Positions 19,501 to 31,500 of a DNA stretch of 64,000 bases are shown piece by piece (the stretch's first letter is position 1; each line of letters opens with the position of its first letter). The DNA lies in the NCBI GenBank assembly GCA_051294375.1, contig CM119269.1:15387918-15451917 (forward strand), given 5' to 3'. This stretch comes from Paraspadella gotoi (lineage: Eukaryota; Animalia; Chaetognatha). The notes under the pieces are model-generated. The model was not told the origin of the DNA and did not search any database. It was given only the letters and a program-made list of their open reading frames with translations. Position numbers and translations under genes: made by a program.

Positions 19501-22500
19501 GTTTCCATACATTATGTTAGAATTTCCGGCTGGAGATGCACACTCACGGTGATATTTTTTGGTTTCTTGGACGTGATTGGCCTTTTCGGCATAGTTAGTT
19601 GCTTGAAATGGGCTCCTGTTGGAGACGTTGTTTGCCTTATCGCAACGCGCGTCATGTGGACTGCGATCTTGGAAGCGGTTTCAAGGTAATTCACGAATGA
19701 TGCATATGACAGCTTGAGACTTTTTATTGCCCATTTTTAGGAAAGTCTGCATTTCGCCAATGCATATAGTTGGAACAGTTACGGCTTTTATTGGAGTAGT
19801 TCTTGTAACTAAGCCGCCTTTCATTTTTGGACAATCAGGTTACTGAGTAATGTATAATGTATATTATAAAATTTATATTATCCTCTCAAAGTACAGTGTG
19901 TCCCAATGGTACTATCTGTTAACCCAAGCTTACTGCTCCTATACCAGATAGAAAAACTTAAACCATTAACATAGATAAGCGCATAAGTAAGAGCCATTTT
20001 ATAAGATAACTAATTTTTTTAAATTACACTAAGCAAACTACTGTTATTACTAAAAGTAATTGGTAACAAAATTTTTATTTATTTATTTTTTTTTAATATA
20101 TAAATTTTTATTCTTATTAATGCACTTATTTTATACGAAATTAAAGTTTGAATAAATTATATCAATTTAAAATATTTTTAATAGAATTTTTATAATATAA
20201 TTTATTTAAAAATATAAAATGTAAGCTAACAATGTCGGATCTGCCCACGATTATTAGCGGTAATTAATTAATTAATACAAACTATATAAACTAAAATAAT
20301 AATTTAATTAATAAATTAATTAATTTGATCCGAAATGTTTGTTTTCAGGGCAGTGATTTCTATTCGGGTATTTTCAACAATAAAATTGAAACTTATATAA
20401 CTATTATTTCCTTTGTTTCCACTGATTAATATAAAACACGCTTTATTTAAAAAAACGGTTGGCTATAGTTATTTTCTCTTTTATAACATCGAACTCACTG
20501 GTGAATTTCTATGCTTTCAAAATACGGTAAGACATAATTTCTTTTACCTTAAGATGAAACTAAAACGATTTTTCATGGTAAGGGCAACTTTTAAAGATTA
20601 AATTGCTCGTCAATCTATTGCGTTTTTAGATATACTACAGCTTAGGCAAAAAAACGGCATGCTATATTTTAAATTTTTTTTTCCATTTTTTCCACTATTT
20701 TTTTCTCTCTTGAACCTTCTCTCTGTCCCTCTCTTTTTCCTCTTTCTCTCTGACTTTCTCTCCCTTTCTCCGACTTTTCTGTCCTCATATTTCTCTGTGT
20801 CATCCCTTCTTTTCTTCCTTTACATTGATTCTCTTCCTCTCTATCTCTACTTTTCTCTCCCTCTCTGATTCTCTTTCATCCCTCTTTCTTATTCTTTTCT
20901 TTTCTCTTAATTGTTTTCGTTCTCCCCCTTCTCCCCATATATTAATTTTCTTTTCACTCTTTTTCTCTCTCCCTGCAACTTTTTTTTCACCTATGCTCTC
21001 TCTTCTCTTATCTTTTTCTCATTCTCACTCATTTTTTACATTTATATCACACTGGATGTATAAAAATTTTTAAAATGTATTGTAGGAAAAAAAATATTGG
21101 GTAGCGTATGATTTTATTCAAAGTTTGGTTGCCAAGCAGATTTTAAAAATCGACAGATTTTTGTGGAAATTTTTTCCGCAAAAACCTGTTGATTGAGAGG
21201 AAAACAATTACTGACGCTTTCCATTACATTAAAAGATGCGGTTTTTTTTAATTCGTCAACCTTAGTATATTTCTCATCTATTTAAAACTATAAAAATAAT
21301 CAAAAACCGAGTTTTAGTTCAAATAAAACGCACCTCACAAATCCTCACAAATTAAAAGTTGATTTAAAAATTTAATTGCTGCAAAACTATTAAATTTTTT
21401 GCCCTAATTTTTTAGGTACCAGAAGCACCGTTGAAAGGGAATATTTGATTAGATTTGTGGACATTTTGAAGTATTTTTGTTTAACAAATTGTAATAAAAT
21501 GTAAAAATGTAAATTTTGACTAGTCAATTTAAAAATTAATTCATAGGTAAACAATGAATGACCAACGGCAAATGAACCGACTCAGTGGTAAAGAAGATAA
21601 GAAGTACCCAAAATCTGGAGTAAAAAATTTTCTTCAATGATCTTGACGTTCAAATCTTAAAACAAAAGTCAAAATGGACAAAAATGGACATAATTTTTTT
21701 TATCAAAAGTAGCAAAAATTATATCAATTCTTGATTAGAAAATGCAGCAGATGATTTTAATTAATAGATAATATTCTAGCAATATTTCAAAAGTTGGTTT
21801 TTTTTGCTGAATTCCTCGATAGAAATCACTGCCTCAGGTCTTTTCATCACTGACCACGACAAAAGCAACGACAACGATGATGGCGACGATGACAATAATG
21901 CCGATAACGATTGACTGATTAATTAAAAAATTAATTGATTGAATAATTAATTAAGAGATAACTAAATAAATTGATTGATTGAATAATTAATTGATTGATT
22001 AATTGACCGATTAATTAATTATTTATTAATTAATTGACTAATTGATTAATTAACTGATTAATTATTTGATTATTTTATATATATTGAATTTACATTTAAT
22101 ATAAAAAGAAAAAGAAGCATAATCAATTAGTGAAACAGGTTTTTTGTTTTTTCCATTTAAACTCATTTTCATTCAGACAATTCCATCGAAACTTTATTTC
22201 CAGCTTAATCACACACTTTCCTACCCACATACAAAATTTCAAGTCAATCGCCCCTTCCACTTATTAGTAATTGGCGTTCAAATAGTGAAAAAAATTTTTT
22301 TCCATTAAAACTCATTTCCACTTGATTCCATCGAAACTTCATATCTAGCTCAATCACACACTTTCCTACCCACACACAAAATTTCATTCCAATCCATCCA
22401 TCCAATCAGGAGCAATTGGAGTTCTTTGCTAAGGTGGGATGGACAGACGGACGGACGGACATCATTTTTTTTTGCATAATTTATCATAATTCGATGTTCT

Positions 22501-25500
22501 GACATGATATAAGTGAATGCCCGACAAGATTGGGGGGGCGGACCGACGGACCGACAAAGTGAATTATAGAGTCGGGATCTGCTGATAAGCAAACTAAAAA
22601 TTAAAAAAAGTGAAAAACTAGGACTTTTCTGCGCAATATGGACGTAAATGTTAATGGACACTTCCATTAAGAAACAGTGTAGGTAGTGACATTCGTAAAA
22701 CGTTTTATTCTCACAATTTTATTTAAATACAGGACAAAAAAATGAATATTCTTTGAGATACATCGCTTATTTCGGCTCAGTCGTGATCGGCCTCTGTCAA
22801 GCTATTCAGTATATACTTTATATAATTCACGCAAAGGTTCACTGGGTTATATGGCAAATTTCTCCCGTACTATCTGGCATCCCTTTCGCGATCATCGCCT
22901 GTGCATTAAATGGCTCATTTAACCTTCCGCTAATATTAGACACCAAATTTACAACTAACGTAGTTGGTCTTTTAGTCGTTTCTTCGCTAGATTTGTTTGG
23001 AAGAATATTAAGAACATTCTCAACGGAGGTAATTAACCCTTATTCGTTTCTATTATTGCATCAAAATAACTTTGTTTGTAATTTTTTTCTTGATTTAAAA
23101 AAGAATTGTTTATACAGGGGTGGGACCATATATCGAGACAAAATTTTAAAAATCATTACTTTGAAACTCTTAATTATTTTTAAAATCTGAATAAATATTC
23201 AAATAATACTCTTTCTAAGTTTTTAGATGATATTAATTGTTTGGAAATTCTTTGATATAATGATTTTTTTTGATGCTCGGTTTTTCTCTGCGCGGTTTGG
23301 AAGAAAAATATTTGAATATATGGTGGACTAAAATCCACCAACCGTTCATCAGCGGCCATTGGTGCCGGAGGAAAGTCATTCGCCTCCCAACCCAAAGGTC
23401 CGGGGTTCTAGCCCGGTGGTCGTCTGGCAGTTAAGAGGGACGGGGCGCTTAACCCGCCTGTAACATGGTGTGACAGCCTGATCCGAAGCTCAGGGACTGC
23501 TTACATTGAACAGTTCGGTCACTAACACATAACAAATATCACTGTCTTTTCATTGGTGAGCCCGACTTCCGAACACAACAGCAACAACAACACTTTCAGG
23601 CGACATGCCTCAACCTGGCGATGCATTTTCCGCCCACAACACATCAGGCGACATGCCTCAACTTGGTGACAAACTTTCCACCAACAACGACAATTCACTG
23701 AAGAGACGCAACAGACTTCTCTCTACGGGAGGGGGGATGTATGGTGGACTAAAATCCACCAACCATTCATCAGCGGCCATTAGTGCCGGAGGCAAGTCAT
23801 TCGCCTCCCAACCCAAAGGTCCGGGGTTCTAGCCCGGTGGTCGTCTGGCAGTTAAGAGGGACGGGGCGCTTAACCCGCCTGTAACATGGTGTTACAGCCT
23901 GATCCAAAGCTCAGGGACAGCTTACATTGAACGGTTCTGTCACTAACACATAACAAATATCACTGTCTCTTCAAATACTTACTTTTTCATCTCATTCTAA
24001 GACATAAAAGTTAAACATATTTTTGGATGTACTTATTTGTAGTATAATAATGCTTCTGACAAGGTGTACATTACATTTTGGTTAAAGAAATTTAAAAGTA
24101 AGCAGGAAAGGTTCGGGTAAGTTACTGTTATGGATTAATTTTTATTGAAACTTACTTTTATGAAAAAAGTTATTAACCTTATTGTCAGATAATTGAATTC
24201 CTCATGTAAGATTTCTGAATATATAATAAAAGGGTCGAAACTATAAGAAATACATAAAGTATTTGACGATTTAAGCATATTCGTTAAAATATTTCTAAAA
24301 TTTTATTTTATTACCCTAAAAAAAAATTAAAGGGGTTTAATTTGGATGGTGATGAAAAGCTTAAAATCAGGTAAATTGAAGATAAGGCATAACACTGTCA
24401 TGTTCAGAAACGACAACTAAAAATATTAACCAGAATGGCTTTTATTGTGTGCAATATAATGCGTCCGCATAAAAACGACCAAATTTTGAAAACATCCACA
24501 ATGTTTTGTAGTTGCTTAAAAATTTATTTTGTTTAATTGTATACTGCGGCGCAAAAAAATGTAGTTACATATTAGCTTTAAATACCTCACTTTTTCCTAT
24601 ATTAATTTTAGGAAAATATTTCTGAAAAGTATAGCTAAAAGCTATCGATTGGTGCAAAAAAAAAATGGTTCAGACAGTAGAATACAGCAATAAAATAAAA
24701 TAAAATATGAAGACGGAATTAGAAAAGAATGATTTTTTGAGGTTAAGTTGATGATATTTTTTTTCTATCTGATAATAAAAAAAGTATTTTTTATAGTTTC
24801 CTTACTTATTTAAATTTGATTTAGGTCAAAAATGGTTTTTACCTATCCCTACAGATACGTATTCTATGCAGAATTTGTTCAGCTTATTTTATATTATAAA
24901 CATTTTATTATAGGGAAGTTATTGACTCTTATTAAAAAAAATATTTTTTTCGATTTTTGTACTAATCAACTGTAGTAATCAACTTTGTTATCCTATAACT
25001 TTCAAACACTTTGCTCTATTTTATTGGGACTTTGATTTATCGCTTCATCTTTCAAAAAGCTTTGTTTCTTATTTCTATATCTTTGTAGAATTCAGCCATC
25101 CAATACGGTTTTTTCGATGTATGGCTAAGTAAAAAGCCAGAAATAACGTTTGCCACTTATTTTATTATTGTAACTCAAATCATTCAGACAGGACAGGACA
25201 GGACGTTAAGTTTTGTCTCGATATAGGGTCCCACCCCTGTATTTATTTAAATTTTAATTTTTTATCCATAAATCAGGAAGGAACGCCGACAATAACATCG
25301 GTGACCTCAGCCTTGGACATTCCTTTTTCATACATGTGGGCTTGGATTTTTCTAGGCGAAGAGCTTGGACTTTTCCAGGCGTTGGGATCGCTATTGATTC
25401 TCTCGTCAATTATAATGGTTTCATTAACAAGCAATACAGCCATCAATAACTCAACGGAAAATGATAATAAAAGGTTAACTCTTGAGTGGCGGTAAATTTG

Positions 25501-28500
25501 GAATGTTTAACCAATTAAAGTTCAGAACTCTACTTTGTTTCGAATGTTTAAGTGACGGCGAGGAACAAGTCATCTTACTCGAACACAGAGAAGGAGAAAA
25601 TGATCACGAGACCGAAGATTAATCTTTTGGCATTTCACAAGATCGCTGCATGAATAAAAACAAGAACAAAACGGAATACGAAACCAAAGCGCATGAAGAT
25701 AAACTAAAAACCACAACAACCTGCGTCTTGATCTTGATCTTCGCCGCTGGCGGCGACTGCATTTTTCGCTATTAATTCTGTCGTGAATAAAAGCGCAATT
25801 CACTCGGCATTATCCTTGACAAGACGCGGGTCAGTGTAACAGAAGCAAAGTATACGGCAGGAAACTTACCTTGAATCTTCTCGTCTATCTCTGTTATCAT
25901 GGATTCTGTGGTTTTTTCGTCGACGTCCACAATCATCGGTTCGATCTCATTGTCGCGAAGAATCGACAGAATCTGAAAATTATGAATAAAAGTAGAAAAT
26001 CATTAATTCTTTCTTTACGTAGGGGTCGTAGATAGACCGAGTTAGCTGTTATTTTTTACTTGATATTTATTCCTTAGGTTTTTTAAATCAACAATGCTTT
26101 ACGTCAAATGTTTATTTGTATTCATATTGTGCAATTACTCTACGCTCGCGTCGATAATTTATTTACGCACTGAGAGTGCAAGCAAGAAAACAGAGAACCT
26201 TTGCGCCACCTACGATGGAGAGGTGCAGTATGAAGTATCTCACGCCCCTTCCCTCGATCCATTACGGCACGATTTATATCATAAATGCTCTTAGGACGGA
26301 AAGATCGTAGAAGCGGAGATGTTTCCCGAATGGTTGCACGAACAAAACGCAATGGAGTTAAGGGATCCGTCCAAGTTATGTTCCAAGAATTGGACTGCTT
26401 TAAAGTTGGAAGGTTTCGCATTCACATGATTAAGTTAAGAAGGAATGCCGAAATTCAATTTCTTTCAGTCAGTTCAGCGACGATTATAGTGTTGCATGTT
26501 AACTGTTCCGAGGTTCACAGAACCAAATGCCTCCTTTGTAAGGAGTGGATCGAATTAAGACAGAAGCTTTATAGCGTTGGGATAAAGACTGTAATTCTAC
26601 ATCGCACCCTTTTCAGCGAAAAAAAGTAAGCCTGTCAGAATAATACCTATAAAAAGTAATTCCTGATAATTATTAACATTTGTATTAAAGAATCTCTGGT
26701 GGAAAAAACTTTATAGTTAATATCAATGATGACTATATGTTGATTCTGGGTGCTGACAAGGAACCGCCCAGGGAAGTTTTTTTTTAATTCTATGGAAAGG
26801 GTTCTTTTTAAATATATATTGTTTTTTTATTACTTAGAGACGGTGTTCCGTTTCAATCACCAATTAGAAATCTTTATTTCAATTCATACTCGGAACGTTA
26901 TGGTAAGCCCAACAAAATAAAACTAGATAAATGATACGTCACTTAATGGGACCTTTCTTTAAAGGAACAAAAGACCTTAAAATATCACCATGGATTCAAA
27001 CCACCAACCATAAATTAAGGAAATTCGTCGCCGCTTTCGTCGTCATTTTCGTTTCCGTTATAACCGTATTTTTCGGTGATGCGTGACCAACTAAATATTT
27101 AAACTGAATCCCTGGGTTGTGTCGATTAATTGGGGCCCCACAATTTTTTTGGGTGTGCCAAAATCCCCAATCGCAGGTTCTAGAAACGGCGCAAAAATCG
27201 GTGAAAAACGTTACTTGGAATATCTGCAGAAACGAAAAAATTACCTTGCAAAGAAAATTTTGAAAAGAGCAATAGAAAAGCAACGAATTCGGAAAGAGCG
27301 TGGTAATGTCACTGACTCAATTTTTTTTCCTACGTCGTATTCGCGCGCATACACCTAAGACTTATCTAAAATTTTTAATTATCGTGGGAAAACTATCATC
27401 TTAAAGATTTACATTGGAAAATAACCAGTTAATTTTTAAAACGAGAACCATTATGATAAAGAGTGGGTTGAATATGAATATCCGCCACTGTGTACTTTAA
27501 CCCCATATAAAAGCCATGGAGGGTTTTCCTTGCGTCCTCACACTTTTCCGGAACCGGTACCTAGAAGTCATGAACTCATGGCTTCACTAAATGAGACCCT
27601 GGGTCACAATTAATATGAGGAATTAATATTTATATGGGTAGTGAAACTAGACTATGCCCGCTACACAATTTCGAAATTCTTTACGTTGTGGACGCAACAA
27701 TTTTTGGATTAAGATTAAGAATGAATTTATTCTTCAACAAAAACGATAACAATAAAAGGCTCAGATGCTCAGTCTATAACAATAGGTATTTACAGGGTCA
27801 AAGTCAACCATAAAGAGAGAGAAAGGGCAAGCGATCGAAGGTAAGGTCTGTATGGTCACTTATGATTAAGGTTGCGTGTTGTTGTTCCACAACGTATTGT
27901 TATTTTTTGCTATTATTGTTTTTTTAATTTGCTCATGCTTAGTCTGTTTGATAATCAAATCATCTACTTATAAGCCGAGAAAGGAGCATCCGAGGCGGAT
28001 CCTACTTCCAACGAAAGTAACAAGAAAGTGGAGGCCGAAAAGATGAAAAAGGGGAAGCAGCCGTGCGAATGGCTTTACGTCTTGATGGCTTTCATCATAG
28101 TGGTCATTCTAGCCATTTTTCTGGTCGTTATTTGGTACAGTGACGAGGGTCAATGCCAGTACAATGGCGACTTCAAATCAAGTTTTAAAAAAAATTTAAA
28201 AGGTTTTTACGGGAATACATATTCGACATCTTCGACGTGATATTCATGTTATGCTCCGTCTCTGCGATGGTAACGCTTTTCCACATGACGATGCTAACCA
28301 CTCGCCAACTTCCTTCTTTCATTTATGATTAAATACAGATTTTGGTCGATCTGATTGTCAAGAAAATTCCCTGCGGAAGTAAAAGGATTGTGATAAAACA
28401 ATGCCATTGCCACTGCGGCAAGAAGAAGGTGGTGGTGGAGCCGAGTTCGAGTTCGGATCTCTTCGAAAATAGCGAAGAAAAGGCCCGGTATAAAATGGAC

Positions 28501-31500
28501 AAGGAAAACTGCTGTACTATCGAATATCGCCAGTTATTCGGCGTCTTCTTCTGCCTCTGCGTGGGGGTGGTTTGGTATCTCTTCCGTCTTGACTATGAGG
28601 TTTAAAACATATTTTTCATTCTGATCCTTGCAATGGAAAAGAGGTATCTATTACTTCGTTTTTCAGTGGGTTTGGGTTCTTCAAATGTTTTTGGCCTGTT
28701 GCCTCGTGACCGCCTGTCAAGCAATTTTTTCGAATACCATCAAACCAAAATTTCAGTTAGTATTTTTTATAATGATAAGCATTTTTGTGAAGTTGAACCG
28801 TTGATAAGAATGAGTCACCTCTCTCATTCACACTCACTTAGATACGTGGTTTTCCTAGCTTTGGGGCTTTTGGTCTACGATATCTTCATGGTGCACGTGA
28901 CGCCCTATATAACCGGAAAAAAGGAAAGCATCATGGAGCAAGTCGCTGTGAAGCCACCGACGGACACAGAACTTCCCAGGTGATCAACTCTGAACATTCG
29001 TCCTTTTGACAACAACAAAAAAAACAAAAAAAACAAACAAAAAAAACCACCGCACCCACTTGAAAAGCGCAGATACTTCGCTTTCGCCCTCTACTTTCCC
29101 GACTATTTTGCTGGGACCGTTCCCGCGTGTCTCGGCATTCGGCCCGCTGTTCTGCTAGGATTGGGGGACCTGCTAATTGCCGCGATTATCATGGAATATA
29201 TATTCCTTTTTGGGCGCGTCACTGGCGCCGGTTCGCGCTACGAAGTCGCCTGCAGTTTGACCTACTTGGTCGCTTTAATCGCCTGCTACGTCACTGCTAT
29301 CTTAGCGGAGAGCCCGCAGCCGGCGCTCGAATTTATCGTTCCCATGCTCCTTATAATCATATTCATCATTGCAGGAGCTCATAAGGAGGTAAAGGAAGGG
29401 CGAATAAAAAAGTGATAAAAGGGCTAATAAGGTGAAGATCAAAAGAACTACGTAGACGAGGGGGAAAAATGAAAGAAAAAACAACGAAAGCCTAATTGTA
29501 AAACCTTAATCATTGTTCAGGCAAAGTTGTTGTGGAATTTGGATTACAGTGAATATCCGAGCCAGGAAGTAAGTGTTCCGTTTTATCAAGAATAATTTTC
29601 TAGTAGCTTAAAATTAATATATTAAATGATTTAATCCAATGTTTCTAGTCCGGCATTTCTAAATTTTTAAATTTGTTTTAAAATTAACATTCATGTAGGA
29701 ACTGGTCGCCCTTGTGAGGTCAGAGCTCGTGGCGCGGAAACGGGCCCAAGACGAGACGGCAGTGAAAAACGAAAATGGTCCTTCCGTGGAGAAAAGGGTC
29801 ACGGACGAAACTGAAAACGAATCTAGTGGTGCAGAATCTAGTGGTTCGGCGGAGACTCAACATACATTGGGAGAAATACAGATTTAATACATTTTTTTTT
29901 TCATTCATGAGCACTAAGCAATAAGCATAAAGAGAGAAGAGAGCGAGAGAGAGAGAGAGAAAAAGAGAGAAAGAGAAGAGAGAGAGAGAACGAGAACGCA
30001 CCTGCGGCCATTCGGCGTCGAATTCTCTCATCTGTCGTCGGAAATCCTCCAACTCGACGAAGTCTTCGAGGACGTTGTCTGGAATGACTGTGCTGCCGAA
30101 TTTCGTCAGATGGACGGAAGGTACTTCTTCGAGTTGCTCCTCGGGCGCGGCGGCTGTGGCAAGGAAGAAAGATACGGGATACGCGAAAAATACCAGTCAG
30201 CGTTTTGTCGCCTTTTTTTTTTAAACGAAAATAATGGAACAAAAAATAATAAACAAAAGATCATAGGGTGACTGAAACAATGCAACAACGCCGGATAGAG
30301 TATTCCGTTGAATTAGGCTCACAATCAGTCGGCCCTTGGGATACGTCAGGCCTTTCCGTCGCATCGTTCTCTGTTTCTACTGCTACGCTGGCCTCTTCCG
30401 CGATCGGCTCGACCTTTTTGGCCGCTTCGACGCGCGGTTCGGAAAAAGAATATTAACAAAAGAGAACAATCGTCAGCGAATTGTTGAGGCGGAGGGTGAA
30501 AAAAAAAGAGAGAAAAGTGAGGCGCTACTTGATTAATTGAATCAAAACTAGGCGAAAGTGCGAACCTTCTTCATCTTCCTCAATAACGTCATCGAGGGCG
30601 CGGCGTTGCGCTTCTCTCGCCGCGAAGAGGGCGCCGCCCTTCGTCGCCCACCAGCGACTCGCCAAAACGTTGTTTGTCTGAAAGGAAATGCATTCGTCGC
30701 GAGTTGAAAGTGCGACTCGTTTATCGCTTTCTCTGTGAAGAAAATCTAGGGCTGACTTGTGGATCGGATTCTCGAAGGCGGACAACCTCCACGGGAGTGA
30801 TGAGAGGATCGTTGACGAACGCTAGCCAAACCTCTTTTGAGTGAGGAAAATTGTCCAAAATCCAACCCCCATGACTTAGGAAGAAAATGAGTAAAATTTG
30901 ATATTCTTTTCTTATTTCCCTCTTTTCACATATGAGTTCTTTCTTTCTTTTTGAAGTTTTTCTTTTTTTCTTTCTTTTTTTCATTCTTTCTTTCTTTCAT
31001 TCACTTAGTCGAGGCAGGATCTCCGCGAAGACGATCTTCTTCCACTTCAGCTAATTTTGCTTTAGTCAAATCCACTATCGTTTCCGGCGATAGAGAGATG
31101 TCCTCGAAAGTTCGCTTGTGCTCCTCCATTAACTGAATCCAAATTATTCGTGAATTTTCAGTCAAATCGAAGAAGGGATCTAAACAAAGACTCGACCTCT
31201 CTTAATAAAAGCTGAACTTCTGGATGATTTTCCGAGACTTCCATCGTTTCACGCTCTGCCTCTAAATCGTCCAGTTCGGCGCCCCACGGTGGTTGGCTCA
31301 CTACGTTTTAAATAATAAATAAAGAAATAATTTGTTGGTATTATTACAACTTCCTTTAATGACACAGCTTACCATATCCAGGGCTGTAAAGTTCTGGATC
31401 TTCTCCATCGACCCCTCAAATGGAATAGGAAAAGATATTTTAGATAATCGACGAGGAAAAAACAAAATATTCGTAATTTTAAACAAACGACGAACCATAA

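Larger units (their letters stand above)
23319..23973 (+). mobile_element. Complete TRIM / LTR-retrozyme candidate: LTR(23319-23552)-PBS-187 bp internal-PPT-LTR(23740-23973)
   Basis: Two 234-bp direct repeats ending in CA; PBS TGGTGAGCCCGAC at 23554-23566; [14 protein letters not shown] at 23727-23737; 4-bp TSD AATA (23315-23318, 23974-23977); no gag/pol. Confidence 0.92.
23115..25239. mobile_element. Tc1/mariner-type non-autonomous TIR element (MITE) with TA TSD
   Basis: TA|CAGGGGTGGGACCATATATCGAGACAAAA ... TTTTGTCTCGATATAGGGTCCCACCCCTG|TA: 29-bp TIRs with one mismatch. Confidence 0.85.

Noticed and set aside
23605-23832. 75-aa ORF inside the TRIM, with a ~42-bp duplicated motif (caggcgacatgcctcaac)
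   Set aside because: It runs from the internal region into the LTR with no gag or pol similarity; treated as incidental.
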